From an uncultured Methanoregulaceae archaeon (GTDB taxonomy: Archaea > Halobacteriota > Methanomicrobia > Methanomicrobiales > Methanospirillaceae), in the NCBI GenBank assembly GCA_963705255.1, contig OY970061.1, positions 2,528,001-2,592,000 on the forward strand: DNA of 64,000 nt, written 5' to 3'. Of the stretch, positions 53,002 to 63,918 are shown piece by piece (the first letter of the stretch is position 1; each line of letters starts with the position of its first letter). The notes under the pieces were generated by a model, which did not search any database, had not been told where the DNA came from, and saw only the letters and a program-made list of their open reading frames with translations. The translations under genes were made by a program, and so were the position numbers.

Positions 53002-53580
53002 GAGCGGTGAATGTGAAGCGGGAAACAAAGGAAACGAAGATCGCGATTCGGTTGAATCCTGACGGAGCGGGGAACGTTTCAGTCGACAGCGGCGTGCCAT
53101 TCTTTGACCACATGCTCACAGCGATGGCAAAACATGGCGGATTCGATCTTACCTGTACAGGTACAGGGAGATCTCGGCGTGGACAGTCACCACACTATCG
53201 AGGATATCGGTATTGTTATGGGAGATGCCATTAAAGAGGCAATCGGCGACGGCCGCGGGATATGCCGTTTTGCGCATGCTGTTATTCCGATGGACGAGTC
53301 CCTTGCACAGGTCGCACTGGACTGTGGCGGCAGGGGATACCTTGTATTCAGCGGTACTTTCGGCAACAAAATCGTAGGCAGCATTCCGGCAGATCTCTTC
53401 GAGCATTACTTTTACACGCTCTGTTCGAGAGCCGGTATCACCGCCCATATCGCCTTCTCCGGCAAAAATGACCATCATCAGTGCGAGGCGGTCTTCAAGG
53501 CGTTCGGCATTGCGCTCGGCGAGGCGCTCTCACGGAGCGGAGACACGAGAGCGGTCCGGAGTACGAAGGGGAAGTTCTGA
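52998..53580 (+). CDS. hisB: Imidazoleglycerol-phosphate dehydratase (frameshift near 53160)
   Basis: [34 protein letters not shown]. Confidence 0.93.
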
Positions 53581-53635
53581 GTGCCGGTTTGGAACACTGA
53601 AAAACGGCAGCAAATTTTTCGGCTGTTTCGGGATT

Positions 53636-53784
53636 GGAGAGGTCGGAGACCTCGACAACCTGAAGGGAGGCGTAGCCGACCTTCAGATCTGATGACCCTC
53701 AAGAGAAACGAGTTGGCGCGAATTTTTCGAATGATGTCGAAGAACCTTTCAGGTTCTTCTCCTGTTTCGGGTCTGATGACCCTC
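53636..53784 (+). repeat. Mosaic hairpin repeat, copy E (between convergent hisB and histone)
   Basis: GAGAGGTC-GGA-GACCTC, GAAGGGAGGCGTAGCCGACCTTC, TCGAAGAACCT-TTC-AGGTTCTTC, CTGATGACCCTC x2. Confidence 0.8.
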
Positions 53785-53802
53785 AACAGAAAAAAGAGTT
53801 GA

Positions 53803-54009
53803 TCAGTTGGACTTTGCTGCTAGGTCAACGTCTTCTTTCTTGATCGTCTTTCTGCCTGCGTGTTCGGCAAGCTTGTTGGCTTCCTTGGTGAGCTGGGCGA
53901 TGTATTTCTCTGCTTTTGCAACAAGTGCCTCAGCAGCATCGCTTCCCACTCTTTCGGCTCCGTTTTTCTTTGCAATCCGTACAACTGCGGCAATAGGTAA
54001 ATCTGCCAT
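53803..54009 (-). CDS. Archaeal histone (HMf-type)
   Basis: LPIAAVVRIAKKNGAERV...HAGRKTIKKED, 68 aa; RBS GAGGT. Confidence 0.95.
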   Translation of the reverse strand: MADLPIAAVVRIAKKNGAERVGSDAAEALVAKAEKYIAQLTKEANKLAEHAGRKTIKKEDVDLAAKSN

Positions 54010-54205
54010 GTTTCTTACCTCAAAAAGAAATCCTCTTGGTATATATAAATACTTTTTGGGAAAATGCTGTAATTTATCCTGCAATACGATATTGGGGGAC
54101 GCACTGCAAAGCAAGTGAAAAACGGAGTTCAAAATTTCGCAGAATATTTTTTTATTCGATTATATCGTTTTTTAAGGAAAAATAAGGATTTTTAGAAGTT
54201 TTAAA

Positions 54206-54970
54206 TTATTCCAACAAAGATGCTGCGAGCAATAGCGCATTCGCATAATTTGGTGAGGCGCGCGAAGTATCCACGAAAATTCTGCTGATATTTACCACAG
54301 GCGCGCCATGACCATGGCCGCCTCCCAGAAATGTGAGGGTACGGAAGACAAGGTTGCCGGAAATGCCGTCCGGTGCGATGATGAGTCCGCAGGTCTCTAC
54401 GGCATCCTCGATCAGGATCTCACAGTGTGTCGCACCCGAAAGCCGTGCTACCAGTTCCGCTTCCGCCATGCTCCTGTCAACCTGCTCGTGACGACCGATA
54501 TCTCCGAGCCGCCCCCCGGAAAGGATGCCGACCTTTTCCGGTAATCCGAATCTCCTTGCGATAGCCCGCCCTTTGTCGATCAACTCGAGTTTTTCGGCAA
54601 CGGTCCAGCCCTCGTCAACACCAACCGGAGTGAGCAGGAATTTTTTGCCGTTGACTGTTTCAAGCAGTGCGATGCGTTCAAGATGGTCCACCCCCTCTGC
54701 TTTTTTCAAAGCTTTCAGGGTGGCATGTGCAGGGAGGGTCCCCCTCACGGCAGCATCGATTCTTCCTGCAGACAGGTCGTCGACGATCGCCTGTTCCGGG
54801 TGTGCGTGCTCGGCAATATCGACTGCATTTTCCGAAATACGCGTGGTGATGGTCCCGGGCCTGCAGTAGCAGATGATCCTGAATTTTCCGCCAATACTCA
54901 GGACGCTTTCAACGACTTTTTCCGCATCGCCGTCGATACCGATCCCGATTCGCTTCAACGCCCCATGCAT
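54206..54970 (-). CDS. mtxX: Methanogenesis marker protein 4 (MtxX-like)
   Basis: DAAVRGTL, PVGVDEG, SGGRLGD, APDGISGNL, VDTSR. Confidence 0.82.
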   Translation of the reverse strand: MHGALKRIGIGIDGDAEKVVESVLSIGGKFRIICYCRPGTITTRISENAVDIAEHAHPEQAIVDDLSAGRIDAAVRGTLPAHATLKALKKAEGVDHLERIALLETVNGKKFLLTPVGVDEGWTVAEKLELIDKGRAIARRFGLPEKVGILSGGRLGDIGRHEQVDRSMAEAELVARLSGATHCEILIEDAVETCGLIIAPDGISGNLVFRTLTFLGGGHGHGAPVVNISRIFVDTSRASPNYANALLLAASLLE

Positions 54971-55992
54971 GCAATGTCCTCGTCAGTCAGGTGCATGATC
55001 CCGTTCTTGATGAAATCGAAGACCTGCGTCTCATCCCCGTCATAGGTGATGCGCAGGGATTTTACACCGTCAACCACCCCGATGACCTTTGCAGTCATGC
55101 CGACGCCGGAAAAAAGGCTGACGAGTTCTTCCACGTCCGCCCTTTTTGCAGTCAGGATGAAACCCATCCCGGGATACATCCTGACCCACTGCTCGAAGGT
55201 CATGCCGTGCTCCGCAAGGGCGGGTTTCGGTATCAGGCCAAGATCGATCTCGGCCCCTTTCCCGCTCACTTCGAGCAGCATGCCCAGTGTTCCGATAAGG
55301 CCGGGATTGCTGATGTCTTTGCCAGCGGTTACGAGATGTCTCCTGCCGATAGTCTCGAGGACCGCTATCTGTGCCCTGACCTCCGCGGCAGACTTCATAG
55401 TGACAGAATCCCAGTTAAGGGCGCAGGAGGGGTGAACCCGGCCGTTCAGGTCGATTGCAGCAACAACGCAGTCCCCCTCCTGTGCAGTATGGCTGTAGAT
55501 TATTGAGTCGAGTTGTGCCGATCCCAGGATCGAGACGTCGATAACGCTGTAGGGGGCATCCGGGTGGAGGTGGCCTCCGACGATAGGTACGCCGAACTGG
55601 GCCGATGCATCATGCATGCCTCGAACGACCTGTTCCTGTATGGTTGTCTTGGCAATGGAAAAGATGTCTACCATCGCGATGGGCCGCCCGCCCATGGCAG
55701 CGATATCGTGGATATTGACGAGAACCGAGCAGTAGCCGGCCCAGTACGGATCTGCTTCCATGAGCCTGCTCCATATGCCGTCGGCTGCAAGGAGAAGCGC
55801 CTCGCCGTTGTGTTCTATCACCGCTGCATCCTCGCCGAATGAAGCGACAACATGCGGAGCATCGATCTTCAGCGCTTTGACCATCTCGCCGATAGCATGC
55901 TTCCTTTTGACGCCTTCATATTCCCGGACTACTTTTGCGATCGTCTCTGTGGAGCAGCTGTGGACCACGGCATCACCTGAATGAACACTCAA
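54955..55992 (-). CDS. Methanogenesis marker protein 2 (AIR synthase/PurM-like)
   Basis: [33 protein letters not shown]; start uncertain. Confidence 0.85.
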   Translation of the reverse strand: MSVHSGDAVVHSCSTETIAKVVREYEGVKRKHAIGEMVKALKIDAPHVVASFGEDAAVIEHNGEALLLAADGIWSRLMEADPYWAGYCSVLVNIHDIAAMGGRPIAMVDIFSIAKTTIQEQVVRGMHDASAQFGVPIVGGHLHPDAPYSVIDVSILGSAQLDSIIYSHTAQEGDCVVAAIDLNGRVHPSCALNWDSVTMKSAAEVRAQIAVLETIGRRHLVTAGKDISNPGLIGTLGMLLEVSGKGAEIDLGLIPKPALAEHGMTFEQWVRMYPGMGFILTAKRADVEELVSLFSGVGMTAKVIGVVDGVKSLRITYDGDETQVFDFIKNGIMHLTDEDIACMGR

Positions 55993-56061
55993 AATTATTG
56001 CGTGTATGCTAGTTTCGTTTCATCAGAGATAATTTATTTGATATACGGTCAACGTGTTGGT

Positions 56062-57462
56062 ATGGACTGGGCAGAGAAGTACCGCCCCGCACACCTTGCG
56101 GATATCGTCGGAAATACGACTGCGGTACGGCAGATAGCGGAGTGGGCCAGGACATGGACGAGAAGATCGCGGCCCGTGCTCATCTACGGCAAGCCCGGTA
56201 TCGGCAAGACCTCCTGCGCATACGCTCTGGCGAATGACATGAACTGGGAGGTCATCGAGCTGAACGCCAGCGACCAGAGGACTGCAGCGGTGATCGAACG
56301 TATCGCGGGCGAGGGGAGCACGACGGCGAGCCTGACCGGATCATCCCGGAAGCTGATCGTGCTCGATGAAGCAGATAACCTGCAGGGCACTGCAGATCGT
56401 GGCGGTGCCAGGGCAATCATCGAATGCATCAGGGGGGCGCGGCAGCCGATGATCCTGATTGCAAATGACCTGTACGGGCTTTCCCCGGAAATACGCGCAC
56501 GCTGCGAGCCTGTCCAGTTCAAAGCGATACCGGCACGCTCTATTGCCCCCAGGCTCAAATATCTCTGTTCCGCTGAAAAGGTTGCCTGCAGCGAAGCTGC
56601 CGTGCATGCAATAGCAGAGAGCGCAGAGGGGGACATCCGGTCCGCGGTGAATATGCTCTATGCTTCTGCGATTGGAAGGGACAGTCTTGACGATTCAGAG
56701 GTCCACACTTCGCAGAAGGACGTACGCGTCTCCATTTTTTCCCTGATCGCGGCAATTTTTGGCAAAACCCCGGATGATGAGCTGATCCGTCTTTCCTACG
56801 AAGTCGAGGATACTCCAGAGACGGTTGAGCAGTGGGTCGAAGGGAATGTACACCTCATCCCTGATATGTCAGCGGTGGAATCGGCGTACCGGTACCTTTC
56901 CCGGGCTGATGAATACCTCGGCTATACGTACCGCAGGCAGTATTATACCCTCTGGAGGTATGCCACCGCGGTAATGTTGCTGGGGGTGGCCGATGCGGCA
57001 GGGGGGAGAGGGATCCACGCCCGTATTATGCCACCGGAGCGGTGGCAGAAGATGTCGACAGCGAAAAAACAGAAAGCGATCCGGGTTGCGACCCTGAACA
57101 GGGTTGCAGGGTTGATTCACGTCCCGCAGAGCACCCTGAGGGAGGAGTATCTTGGTACTATTTCCATGCTCATCGAGCATGACCCCGCAGGCTACTCAAA
57201 GGAGATGTCGTTTGATTACGACCAGCTCAATTTTTTCCTGAACGACCGGGCGCGGTCAGCAGAAATTATCAGGATGATTGTCCAGGAAGAGAAAGGGAAA
57301 GAAAAGGAGCTGCAGAAAGAGCAGCAGAAAAAACCGAAGAAAGAAAAAATTCCCGGAGAAGAGATCCCACGCGGGTTACCCGCAGAACATGCGGACCCCG
57401 AAGAACCGGCCGAAAAAAAGGCCCCCGCAAAGACCCAGTCAACCCTCTTCGACGGGTTCTGA
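56062..57462 (+). CDS. rfcL: Replication factor C large subunit
   Basis: [27 protein letters not shown]-terminal PIP box QSTLFDGF. Confidence 0.95.
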   Translation: MDWAEKYRPAHLADIVGNTTAVRQIAEWARTWTRRSRPVLIYGKPGIGKTSCAYALANDMNWEVIELNASDQRTAAVIERIAGEGSTTASLTGSSRKLIVLDEADNLQGTADRGGARAIIECIRGARQPMILIANDLYGLSPEIRARCEPVQFKAIPARSIAPRLKYLCSAEKVACSEAAVHAIAESAEGDIRSAVNMLYASAIGRDSLDDSEVHTSQKDVRVSIFSLIAAIFGKTPDDELIRLSYEVEDTPETVEQWVEGNVHLIPDMSAVESAYRYLSRADEYLGYTYRRQYYTLWRYATAVMLLGVADAAGGRGIHARIMPPERWQKMSTAKKQKAIRVATLNRVAGLIHVPQSTLREEYLGTISMLIEHDPAGYSKEMSFDYDQLNFFLNDRARSAEIIRMIVQEEKGKEKELQKEQQKKPKKEKIPGEEIPRGLPAEHADPEEPAEKKAPAKTQSTLFDGF

Positions 57463-57858
57463 TCCCCGGTAATACCGGTGGAGGATCACTCCGCAGTCAA
57501 TCCTCTCCCCGCCACCCCCATACGATTCGAATCCCAGGTGGTAGACGAGGAGATCGCAATCGATCTTTTTTGCAAGGGCAATGAGTGGCGGGATCATCTC
57601 TTCAGCCGGACGGATTGCGTAGATCACGTCGGTTCCGGAGTAAACCGTGAGATCGGGATCGAATATATCATCGACGGTAAAAACAATCTCCGGCAATACT
57701 TCTTTCCGGTGAATGTCGGTACATCTGACAGGAATCCCTGCCTTGTGAATCCGGAGCGCTGCGCCCGGGTTGTCGCCGATACCGACCTCGACGGCGCTTT
57801 TGTAATGCTCCGAGATGAACCTGCCCACGCACGTCTCAATATGTTTATAGGAGCCCAT
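57439..57858 (-). CDS. UPF0146 family protein
   Basis: [22 protein letters not shown]. Confidence 0.85.
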   Translation of the reverse strand: MGSYKHIETCVGRFISEHYKSAVEVGIGDNPGAALRIHKAGIPVRCTDIHRKEVLPEIVFTVDDIFDPDLTVYSGTDVIYAIRPAEEMIPPLIALAKKIDCDLLVYHLGFESYGGGGERIDCGVILHRYYRGSEPVEEG

Positions 57859-57875
57859 TCCAACAGAATATAGCG

Positions 57876-58415
57876 ATGCATATCCATATCTTTTGGGATG
57901 CCCTCTCCCCGGCCGGCCTCCAGACGCCGGTCAGGCGCATGATCTCTGCCGTTCTCGGCGTTCAGTCTACGGTCTCCGAGAACCAGATCAGGATGATGGG
58001 ATATGTGGTCAGCAGGAAACAGATAGACGCCCAGGCGCTGCTCGACAGCATCCAGAATTATAAACACAGCCACGGTATCACGGAACCAGTCCTCCTCGTC
58101 GTACATCAGGATCTCTTCCGGAACGGCAGCAGTTTTGTCTTCGGCCTTGCCCGCCAGCAGGTGGGTGCAGCGGTTGTCTCTACCGCCCGTCTCGGCAACG
58201 AATATTACGGGAGACAGAACAACGATGACGACCTGATCGACCGGATCACGAAAGAAGGTGCCCACGAGATAGGGCATCTCCTCGGCCTCGATCACTGCGG
58301 GAACAGGGAATGCATCATGTTCAGACCCGATACCCTCGACGAACTTGACCGCAAGAAGAAGATGCTCTGCCCCGTCTGCCGCGAACATCTTGCAGCAATT
58401 CTTTCAGCGTGCTGA
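57876..58415 (+). CDS. amzA: Archaemetzincin-family Zn metalloprotease
   Basis: KEGAHEIGHLLGLDHC...CIM...CPVC. Confidence 0.88.
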   Translation: MHIHIFWDALSPAGLQTPVRRMISAVLGVQSTVSENQIRMMGYVVSRKQIDAQALLDSIQNYKHSHGITEPVLLVVHQDLFRNGSSFVFGLARQQVGAAVVSTARLGNEYYGRQNNDDDLIDRITKEGAHEIGHLLGLDHCGNRECIMFRPDTLDELDRKKKMLCPVCREHLAAILSAC

Positions 58416-58641
58416 CGTGACCCGGTATTCTCCATTCTCCCTGAATTCCCGGTCTCCACTCCTCTGTTCTTTTCCGGGCCTGTTCAGCATCCGGAAATGG
58501 TTCCGGAGGGCCGGCACGGTCCTGTCATCCCTATCTTCTGGAATACCGGGTGGTGAAGAACGCCGGATACACAAAACGGATTAACCGGGACCGGCAATTG
58601 TCCCGTATCCGATCCGTATGATCCCCGGTGGAGGGGGAGCA

Positions 58642-59634
58642 ATGGGAAACTGCTGCATTATCGTCAGCCCGGCCAGTGCGGGACACGATCTTCCGGGACA
58701 TCCCGAATGTAATGCCCGCATGGTGAATGTCCTCGCCGGTGTTCCCCCGGATATTCCCCGCAGAATCGCAGGGCCTGCAGCGGATGAATCTGTGCACCGG
58801 GTGCATACCCCGTACTATACCGCATGGCTCCGGCAGCGGTCTTGTGCGGCGGCAATTCCCGGTTTTCTCGATGCCGACACCTATGTGACCCGGGGCACTT
58901 TTATTGCCGCCCGGTATGCGGCCGGCGCCGCGATCATGGCCCTCGATCGCACGCTTGACGGCGAGCACGCATTCGCCCTCGTCAGGCCGCCCGGCCACCA
59001 TGCCGAGCATGACCGGGCAATGGGTTTCTGTTTTTTCAACAATGCTGCGATCGCCGCTGCTCACGCCCTTGACGCTGTTGACCGGGTTGCCATTGTTGAC
59101 TGGGATGTCCACCACGGTAACGGGACCGAACACGCATTTTACGGCACGGATACGGTACTGTACTGCTCAGTGCACCAGGAACATCTGTTCCCCTATAGTG
59201 GCAGAATCGAAGAATCGGGTACCGGAGCGGGTGCAGGGTATACGATCAATGCCCCCCTTGCGGCCGGCGGAGGACGGGCAGAATATGTGGCGGTATTCTC
59301 AGAACTGTTTGCCCCGGCCCTCGAACGGTTCCGGCCCGGTGCGGTGATAATCTCGGCGGGACAGGACAACCTGTCCGATGACCCTCTCGGGAATATGAAC
59401 CTGCGGCCGGATGATCTTCTCCACCTGACCGGAATTCTTCTGGACGCGATCGAATGCCCCCTTGCCCTGGTGCTGGAAGGCGGTTACGGACCTTCTCATG
59501 GCGCTGCGATCTCCTGTATTCTTTCAGCACTATCCTCCCCGGTATCATGCGATCAGGAGGAAAAAAATAAACCCCTCCCCGGTACGGAACAGATGATTGC
59601 CCGGGTAAAAAAACACATCCGCCTGTTCAGGTAA
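58642..59634 (+). CDS. Histone deacetylase family (AcuC/HDAC) protein
   Basis: [32 protein letters not shown]. Confidence 0.93.
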   Translation: MGNCCIIVSPASAGHDLPGHPECNARMVNVLAGVPPDIPRRIAGPAADESVHRVHTPYYTAWLRQRSCAAAIPGFLDADTYVTRGTFIAARYAAGAAIMALDRTLDGEHAFALVRPPGHHAEHDRAMGFCFFNNAAIAAAHALDAVDRVAIVDWDVHHGNGTEHAFYGTDTVLYCSVHQEHLFPYSGRIEESGTGAGAGYTINAPLAAGGGRAEYVAVFSELFAPALERFRPGAVIISAGQDNLSDDPLGNMNLRPDDLLHLTGILLDAIECPLALVLEGGYGPSHGAAISCILSALSSPVSCDQEEKNKPLPGTEQMIARVKKHIRLFR

Positions 59635-59643
59635 GGAACGGAT

Positions 59644-60207
59644 TCAGGTTGCGGGAAGGATTTCAATTTCCATCCTGCTGATCTTCTCATACGTTGCTTT
59701 CAGCTGGAGGATAGGCCAGAGCTCGTAGAGAAGGACGGTAACCGGCTCCCACATGGCTGCCCACCCGATGACAAGGAGTGCATTCGCGAAGAGCTGGGGC
59801 AGGAGGGCATTCCCGAGCGATGCAAAGAACTGCCTGGCGAGCAGCGAGAGGGTAAGGAAAGGAAGGCCGATCAGGAGGGTTGCCCTTCCGTGACGGATGC
59901 GGGCCCGGTATTTCCTGTCCGCCACCAGCATCTTGTACTGGAAATGGTTGTGGATTGCCGGGGCGATCTTCGCCGCCTGTTCCCCGTGGGCAAGATCTTT
60001 TGGGAGGTAGATGATTATCTTGAATGCAGTTTTGGCGGGAAAGTCCTTGACCGTCTCGACGATATACTGCTCTGCTGCAGGATCAAGCTCTTTCTCGTGG
60101 AATGGTGCCGGATCGAACGAGTTGAAGAGCTGGATTATGGACGTGAGTTTGATCTCGAGCAGGATCTTCCCGTCAACCTTCCGATACAGGGATTCGATAT
60201 CCTCCAT
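59644..60207 (-). CDS. Hypothetical membrane protein
   Basis: QLFNSFDPAPF...two TM helices...GWAAMWEP. Confidence 0.75.
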   Translation of the reverse strand: MEDIESLYRKVDGKILLEIKLTSIIQLFNSFDPAPFHEKELDPAAEQYIVETVKDFPAKTAFKIIIYLPKDLAHGEQAAKIAPAIHNHFQYKMLVADRKYRARIRHGRATLLIGLPFLTLSLLARQFFASLGNALLPQLFANALLVIGWAAMWEPVTVLLYELWPILQLKATYEKISRMEIEILPAT

Positions 60208-60263
60208 GGTGCCGTTCCATTGTCCTATAGCCCGTGGAAGCGGATAAACTTCACGCGGGAACC

Positions 60264-60635
60264 TTATCCCATCGATCTCCGGCGGTTGATCGCATCGAGT
60301 GCTTCCCTGATGATCTCCTGTGCCCCTTCATTCTCCATCCGGTACAGCCGCTGGAGCGGGTGAATCGCCCGGGCATCCCCGATCTGCCCGAGAGCCCAGG
60401 CCGCTTTCAGCCTCACGCGGGCATCGTCATCCCAGAGCGTGCCGATCAGCTCCTCAACCGCATCGTCATCCCCGATCCGGCCCAGCATCTCCGCGGCCTT
60501 CCACCGGGTACCTTCGTCGTCGTCCGAGAGCAGCGCTATGAAATGGGCGAGCCTCTCCTCATATTTCCGGGAGTCATCCGGGGATTCTGTCCCCTCCTCG
60601 GGCTCGATACGTTCCCCGGGTTCCTGGTCATCCAT
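60264..60635 (-). CDS. HEAT (PBS-lyase-like) repeat protein
   Basis: L.DDD..TRWKAAEMLGRIGD and L.DDDARVRLKAAWALGQIGD. Confidence 0.88.
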   Translation of the reverse strand: MDDQEPGERIEPEEGTESPDDSRKYEERLAHFIALLSDDDEGTRWKAAEMLGRIGDDDAVEELIGTLWDDDARVRLKAAWALGQIGDARAIHPLQRLYRMENEGAQEIIREALDAINRRRSMG

Positions 60636-60671
60636 GATGTACCGGAATGTGCGCAGCTACAAAAATATTGT

Positions 60672-60945
60672 GAATCCGAGAGGTCTTCAGATCTCGAGGA
60701 GGAGAAGATTTTATCAAAAATCTTCGACTTTATTCCGAGAGGTCTTCAGATGTCGAAGGTCGGCTTTTGCCTCCCTTCGAAGTTCGCTGTGGTTCTTCAG
60801 AACCACGAGGACGAGAAGAACCTGTCAGGGTTCTTCGCTGTCGATGTTCGGCTTTCAGCCTCACTTCTCTTCGTCGAGGTTCGCAAGAAACCTCTCCGAT
60901 TCTCCTTCCCGGGGTTTGATAACCCCTCGAACCTCGAAGACAAGG
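60672..60945. repeat. Mosaic hairpin repeat, copy F
   Basis: Modules shared with B, C and D in different order: GAGAGGTCTTCAGA, GAAGATTTT..AAAATCTTCGA, TCGAAGGTCGGC..GCCTCCCTTCGA, GCCTCACTTCTCTTC.TCGAGGTT..AAACCTCTCCGATT. Confidence 0.88.
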
Positions 60946-60964
60946 AAAAAATCCGGTAGGGGAA

Positions 60965-61540
60965 TTACTCCTTATCCTTGACGTAGATGATCCCGGCCGG
61001 CTCCCGGTAATCGGACCTGATCACTATCGTATGCGAGATCCGGTTGAACACCCTCAGCTTGGTATCCGGCATGGCCAGCCACCCGATGAGGCAGTCGAGC
61101 GGCAGGAGGAACGCTTTGCCGAAACTCTCGATTGCGGCAGTACTATAGGTGATCTTCGACCCGTCCCGGTTGACAACTTTCAGATTAAAGCACATTTTAC
61201 CTATGGACTGGCCGCGGAACCCCTCCATGACCGTCCAGTAGGCAAAGAATAAAATTGTCTGGAACCAGAACCCGATGGGTTCCCAGTGCCAGAGGTCCCA
61301 GTACGGGGGGATCGACCAGAATGGATTGAAAATGCCGCGGACGATAGCCAGGAAGAGGATGATGAGGATAAAATCGATGAGCCATGCCCAGAACCGGGCA
61401 CTCCACGCGGCAAGGTACAGGGTCTGGCCGCGATCCTGAGTAATGGGTGAAGGAGAGGGTATATCAGGTAGGACTGCTGTGGGTCCCGGATCCTGTGCCG
61501 GACCAGTGTGGGATGCGGATTCTGAAGGTTCTTCTGCCAT
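60965..61540 (-). CDS. RDD family membrane protein
   Basis: RFWAWLID, GQSIGK..LKVV. Confidence 0.85.
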   Translation of the reverse strand: MAEEPSESASHTGPAQDPGPTAVLPDIPSPSPITQDRGQTLYLAAWSARFWAWLIDFILIILFLAIVRGIFNPFWSIPPYWDLWHWEPIGFWFQTILFFAYWTVMEGFRGQSIGKMCFNLKVVNRDGSKITYSTAAIESFGKAFLLPLDCLIGWLAMPDTKLRVFNRISHTIVIRSDYREPAGIIYVKDKE

Positions 61541-61710
61541 TTCAGGATCTCTGTTGTCTGCCGTAATGAATGAAGGTTACTCTTGTATAGAGTGCATATC
61601 ATCCGCATGGTCAAAGATATCCTGTGGAAAAACTATTTCCCGCCGTAATTGATAACGTTAAAAACAATCCTGAAACGGATTACCTTGATCCTATGGAGTG
61701 ATCGGTTGCA

Positions 61711-62765
61711 ATGACAGATGCAGTCATAACCGAATTTGCGGGCACGCGCAAGGGGACCATCGCCCGGTTCTACCAGTATGGAAACGGGGGCGTGCGGGTG
61801 CTGGATGCCAAGAAGAACCTGAAGAGACTCTACCTGTTCGATCCATCCACGAACATAATGACGGAACGGGATCCGGCGAGACAGGATACGATCATCCGGA
61901 GGTTCGTCTTCGATCCGTACGGAATGCTGGAAGAGACGTTTGCATTCGGGCAGCGGCCACGGACATTCCGCTACGAGGACGGTGCCCGGAGGATCGCGGT
62001 GCGGGAAGGCGGGGAGTACGGGGCAGTGGGGAAGCTCTTCACCTTCGAGGATACCGGGATTACGGAGACCAGCTGGGGCCGGAACGGCGAGATCGAACGG
62101 GTGTACGTCTTCGAATCCGGTGATGAGGTGATCACGGAACGCGCAGGAGGGTGGTATGGCGATGTGGACCGGACGATCGTCTTCGGGGGGATTCGCGCCT
62201 CGGTCTTCCGCGAGCCCGAATCGTTCCTCCAGTTCCTGATGTTCACGGAATGGAGTGCCAGCGACCGGGAAGAGGCGGTAAACGAGCAGGTGGCACAGGT
62301 CCGGGGGGAAAGGGAGCTTCAGGCCGGAGCCGGTACGCGTATACCGGAGCACCGCATCCATCAGCGGACACCGGTGCACCCGGACGCGACCAGCGGCCCC
62401 GTATGCCTCCCCGCTCTTCCGATGATGCCGGTATCGATTTTATTCCGAGTGCCGATTCACCCGGGTCGGTAGTCCCGCGGGGGCCGGCAGCCTCAGCCCG
62501 CCCCAGCCGCGAGATCTCCTTTGATGAACGCAGGCCGCGTGGCCGGAACGAGAACGAGCGGATGCCTCCGGGAAGGAGTGCCGAGATCCCGATTGCGGAA
62601 CGGTTCGAAGGTGCCCGGGAGAAGGAACAGTTATCCCGCGGGGGTAGTGTTGATATCCCTCTTGAAGACCGGTTCGAGAGTGCCCGGCGCGAACGGGAGA
62701 AGCTGTCCCGGGGGAAGAGTGCGGATATACCCTATGAAGAACGCAAGGGCGGCGGGGACCGGTAA
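61711..62765 (+). CDS. Hypothetical protein: beta-hairpin repeat N-domain plus disordered repeat tail (frameshift in G-run near 62305)
   Basis: ORFs 61711..62472 and 62151..62765 join at the GGGGGG run; recurrent R.F.F(D/E) and (S/G).(E/D)I(P/S).E(E/D)R repeats. Confidence 0.6.
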
Positions 62766-62814
62766 AAAATTCCAACGATTTTTTTATTACCAGCTTATCA
62801 AAAAAAAAAAGAAT

Positions 62815-63000
62815 TTACTCGTCGCACCGGAGTCTTCCGCCCTTCGCAATATCCTCGAGCTCCTTCTCTTCGAAGAAGATCGTGACGAGTTCCTTTTTTG
62901 CGCCCAGGGTGCTGACAAGGGTCTCGGTAAATTCCCTGGCGATCCTTCGCTTCTGTTCGATCGAGATGCCTCTGCGGCTTTTCAGAATAATGACGGGCAT
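62815..63000 (-). CDS. 4-oxalocrotonate tautomerase family protein
   Basis: N-terminal Pro (MPVI), EQKRRIA, 61 aa, GG near the C-terminus. Confidence 0.85.
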   Translation of the reverse strand: MPVIILKSRRGISIEQKRRIAREFTETLVSTLGAKKELVTIFFEEKELEDIAKGGRLRCDE

Positions 63001-63446
63001 GGTGGTACCTCACATCAGTTTTTGCCGCAGATCGTTAAACGGGCTTCGGTTCTGTGTTTCCGGGACCGGCAGGCACCCCCCCACCCTATTTCCTACCCTA
63101 CTCTCACCAAACCCGGGAAGTTCCAGGATCCCGGACAATTTCAAACCAGTTTAATTTTTTTTGATCGACCCCACTACCCCCGCTTGAAAATGTCTGAAAC
63201 TACCGTGTAGTTTCAGCAGCCGCTCGGGAGCGGCTTTTTTCATCGACCCTGCTTACCGTGATCGGAAATCACCCTATCTCTTTTCCGGTCGGCTTTATCC
63301 GGGTCGACCAAACTCTTCCATATCTGCCGCGTGTGGAACGGACCCGGAACCGGATCGGTACGGAGGTCGTCGTCGCATCTCTGGTAATGAGGGCACTGAG
63401 GATTTCACGGTACCGGACAGGACGTACGCTGGTAAAAAAGTTCTGG

Positions 63447-63809
63447 TTATTCATCACACTTGAACTCGATCTCGTCTCCCATATGTTCGGATCCCCAGTC
63501 GCAGAGATCGTCGAGTATCGGCATCAGGGACCATCCCTTCTCCGTGAGCGTGTACTCTACCTTCGGCGGGACCTGCGGGTAGACCTTCCGGATTACGAGG
63601 CCGTCTTTCTCGAGTTCCCGGAGTTCCTTCGTGAGCATCCGCTGGGTGATCCTGGGCTGTACTTTATCCATGATCTGGCTGAACCGGAGCGTCCCGTCCT
63701 TGAGCATGTACATGATCAGCGGTTTCCACTTGCCTCCGATAACGTCCAGCGTCGCCTCGATCGGCCAACTGTATCTGTATTTTTTCGGCGGAGTTTCCAT
63801 TGGTATCAA
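63447..63809 (-). CDS. HxlR-family winged-helix regulator
   Basis: TLDVIGGKWK, ITQRMLTKELRELE, VPPKVEYTLT. Confidence 0.92.
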   Translation of the reverse strand: MIPMETPPKKYRYSWPIEATLDVIGGKWKPLIMYMLKDGTLRFSQIMDKVQPRITQRMLTKELRELEKDGLVIRKVYPQVPPKVEYTLTEKGWSLMPILDDLCDWGSEHMGDEIEFKCDE

Positions 63810-63918
63810 ACCTGTCAGTATGTCACACGTTTGTTTGTATGCGCTATTTATGCCATACCTATTTTACGTATACTATAATCGTTCCACGAACCTGAGCACC
63901 GTTCGGGGAGATGCGCAC

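Noticed and set aside
4340-62310. Programmed frameshifting or true pseudogenisation of ~10 genes (helical protein, diphthine ligase, argH, sucC, permease, PKD, hisB, 61711 ORF)
   Set aside because: Scattered 1-2-nt insertions, often in homopolymers, in core genes that are otherwise intact are best explained as sequencing or assembly errors; read mapping would settle it
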